Shown: positions 62,159-64,000 of the stretch, in pieces
Position numbering within the stretch: position 1 is the first letter of the stretch
Layout: every line of letters starts with the position of its first letter
Source of the DNA: an uncultured bacterium
GTDB taxonomy: Bacteria > Gemmatimonadota > Gemmatimonadetes > Gemmatimonadales > Gemmatimonadaceae
Direction of reading: 5' to 3'
DNA length: 64,000 nucleotides
Assembly: GCA_963978095.1 (NCBI GenBank)
Contig: CAXBQP010000009.1
Location: 1 to 64,000 of the forward strand
Made by a program: the position numbers and the translations under genes
Notes under the pieces: model-generated
What the model saw: only the letters and a program-made list of their open reading frames with translations
What the model was told of the DNA's origin: nothing
Database searches by the model: none

Positions 62159-63589
62159 TCAGCAGAACGATCGACCGTCCAGCCCGTTGGGCCGTGGGAC
62201 ACCCAGGACGGTGAGGGCGCTGGGCATGACGTCGACCGTGCGCAGTGGGCGGTGCGCGACGGGATGGTTGGTGACCAACGGGACGAGCATGTGCTCGCGA
62301 TGCAAGGCGCCGTGCGTGGAACGATGCGCGATGGGCTCCCACCGACTGCGCAGATCCCAGGTGCGCGCGGCCGAGACGACGAGGTCGCCGGCGCGCGGGG
62401 TGGCGGCGAGCGCCGCGAGTTGCACCAAGGCATCGGGGTAGTCGCTCGATGCCGTCACCGCCCACGCGTCGTGCGCGTCGAGCGCGTGGTGTTCGCCGAT
62501 GCCGAGCGGATCGCCGGTGACGGGGAGATATGAGTAGCGGCCGTCGGACGTCGACACGTGCGCGGTCCCGCGGCATCGCGTGAGGACCTCACAGCGGTGT
62601 TCATCGATCGGGAGCAGCAACAGGTCAACGCTGGGGCGTTCGAGCAGGCGCTCGGCCATCCACCCCCATTGGGGGGCGAGTGCCGGCCAGCCCGCGCGCG
62701 CGCGCGGGCGCTCGGCGAGCCCGACATAGAGGTGCGCCATCGCATTGCCGCTCACCATCACGGCGACGTCGGGGCGGCGCCCGTAGACCCACGGGTGGGC
62801 GAGCACGCGGGGTCCCCACTGAGCGACGACCCGGGCGAGGTCTTCGTGGTGCTGCACCGGCGAGTGGCCGTGATCGCTCACGATCCAGAGGTGGAGGGCG
62901 TCCCAGCGTCCGTCGCGTTCGGCGTCGGCGCGGAGTGCGGCGACGGTGTCGTCGACCGTGCGCAGGGCGGCGAGGACGGATGGCGCGTCGTGCCCATCGG
63001 CGTGTGCGGATTTGTCCGGGCCGGTGAACGCGCAGAAGGCGAAGGGGGTGCGGTCGCGGGCGATACGCCGGGCCGCTTCTTCCCCGAGGCTGCGGTCGAT
63101 CTGATGCCAGCGGGCCACATCGCCGCGCAGGTGGGTCCCGAGCAACGACAGCAGGAATCCGGGGGAGCGGCCGAGCCGCTCCCCCGGGAGCAGTCCGCGA
63201 TTGAAGCAGGCGAGCGAGCCGACGTTGCCCCCCGAGTGCGAGAAGATCGTCGTGGCGTGCGGGGCGACGTCGTCGTCGATGCTCAGGCCGCCGATGCCGA
63301 CGTAGCTCCGTGCGCCGTGCGGCCACGACCGGGTTTCGCGGGCCCGGTCGAACCAGCGGAGCGCCGGCAGGCCGATGGGCCCCGGGTGGCGTCCGTGAAG
63401 GAAGGGGGTGTAGGCCGCGCCGGTGACCGAGGGAAAGACCGAAGTGATCGTGTGCGAGCTCCCCTCGCGGCGCAGGGCGGCGATCGCGGGGAGTTCCCCC
63501 GCATCGGCCGCGGCGGCGAGGGTGTCCGGGCGGGCCCCGTCGGCCAGCAGGACCACGACACTCGGGGCGCGTGGGTCGCGGAGAGTCAC
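62159..63589 (-). CDS. Alkaline phosphatase superfamily protein (nucleotide pyrophosphatase/phosphodiesterase type)
   Basis: LADGAR, FPSVT (Thr nucleophile), DKSAH, SDHG, THG metal-binding motifs. Confidence 0.85.
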   Translation of the reverse strand: MTLRDPRAPSVVVLLADGARPDTLAAAADAGELPAIAALRREGSSHTITSVFPSVTGAAYTPFLHGRHPGPIGLPALRWFDRARETRSWPHGARSYVGIGGLSIDDDVAPHATTIFSHSGGNVGSLACFNRGLLPGERLGRSPGFLLSLLGTHLRGDVARWHQIDRSLGEEAARRIARDRTPFAFCAFTGPDKSAHADGHDAPSVLAALRTVDDTVAALRADAERDGRWDALHLWIVSDHGHSPVQHHEDLARVVAQWGPRVLAHPWVYGRRPDVAVMVSGNAMAHLYVGLAERPRARAGWPALAPQWGWMAERLLERPSVDLLLLPIDEHRCEVLTRCRGTAHVSTSDGRYSYLPVTGDPLGIGEHHALDAHDAWAVTASSDYPDALVQLAALAATPRAGDLVVSAARTWDLRSRWEPIAHRSTHGALHREHMLVPLVTNHPVAHRPLRTVDVMPSALTVLGVPRPNGLDGRSFC

Positions 63590-63610
63590 GACGCAAGGTA
63601 AACTGCGGGT

Positions 63611-64000
63611 ATGGCATCCCGGAAACGACCGGCGGCACCCACCCCCCGTGGCCCCAAGACGCAGGCACGGAGCGGAACGGGGAAGCTGACAGACATCGCC
63701 CTGCGGACGACCGCTGAGCAGCGTGCGGTCGAGGGGGTCCGCGAACGCATCGAGGCAGGGAACGAAGCGGCCGGACGTGCGCGGCGCACGACAGGTGCGG
63801 CCCCGACGTCCTCGCCGCGCCTGATCGACGACTCGATCCGCGACCGCGTGGATGCCTTCCTGACCGAGGACGCGAAGCTGCTGCGGAGCGATCACCACCC
63901 CGACGACTTCACGCGGACGGATCCCTGGCGCGTGATGCGCATCCAGGGGGAGTTCATCGAGGGGATCGACACGTTGGCGAAGGTCGGGCCGGCCGTGGCG
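63611..64000 (+). CDS. LOG family (TIGR00730 Rossmann-fold) protein, truncated by the window end
   Basis: Not in the ORF track; manual translation ends DFTRTDPWRVMRIQGEFIEGIDTLAKVGPAVA, the typical LOG N-terminus, after a long extension. Confidence 0.8.
   Translation, partial: MASRKRPAAPTPRGPKTQARSGTGKLTDIALRTTAEQRAVEGVRERIEAGNEAAGRARRTTGAAPTSSPRLIDDSIRDRVDAFLTEDAKLLRSDHHPDDFTRTDPWRVMRIQGEFIEGIDTLAKVGPAVA

Overview
High-GC bacterial chromosomal window with about 58 densely packed CDSs. Gene content and style suggest Gemmatimonadota (inference only). I found no rRNA, tRNA, CRISPR array, transposase or integrase. In order: (1) an exported di-heme DUF1592 / Tat-exported DUF1552 / ankyrin operon, next to signal-peptide-bearing aldolase-like and creatininase-like proteins with altered active sites and a SusC/SusD pair; (2) an L-arabinose-type pentose locus: sugar ABC transporter, FucI/AraA-family isomerase, araB, araD, GH43 lipoprotein and an uncharacterised Tat-exported glycosidase-like protein; (3) amidase, plsC-like, TPR protein; (4) sufBCD-sufU-sufS with an AT-rich upstream region holding candidate Rrf2/IscR-like and IHF sites; (5) an H-NOBA-like/PAS histidine kinase, argG, CocE/NonD hydrolase; (6) a xanthine-oxidase-family molybdoenzyme split over two loci about 8.5 kb apart; (7) ChaN and a Fic-like protein lacking the catalytic motif, divergent across a roughly 100-bp AT-rich inverted repeat; (8) a soluble phosphorelay cluster, yhbY, ferredoxin, rnd, a DUF6259-like protein, sufT, a serine hydrolase with a histone-like repeat tail, a queG operon, an acyltransferase, an NPP-type phosphodiesterase and a partial LOG protein. 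All family calls come from recognising motifs by eye, not from database searches. Many starts were trimmed from the ORF track.
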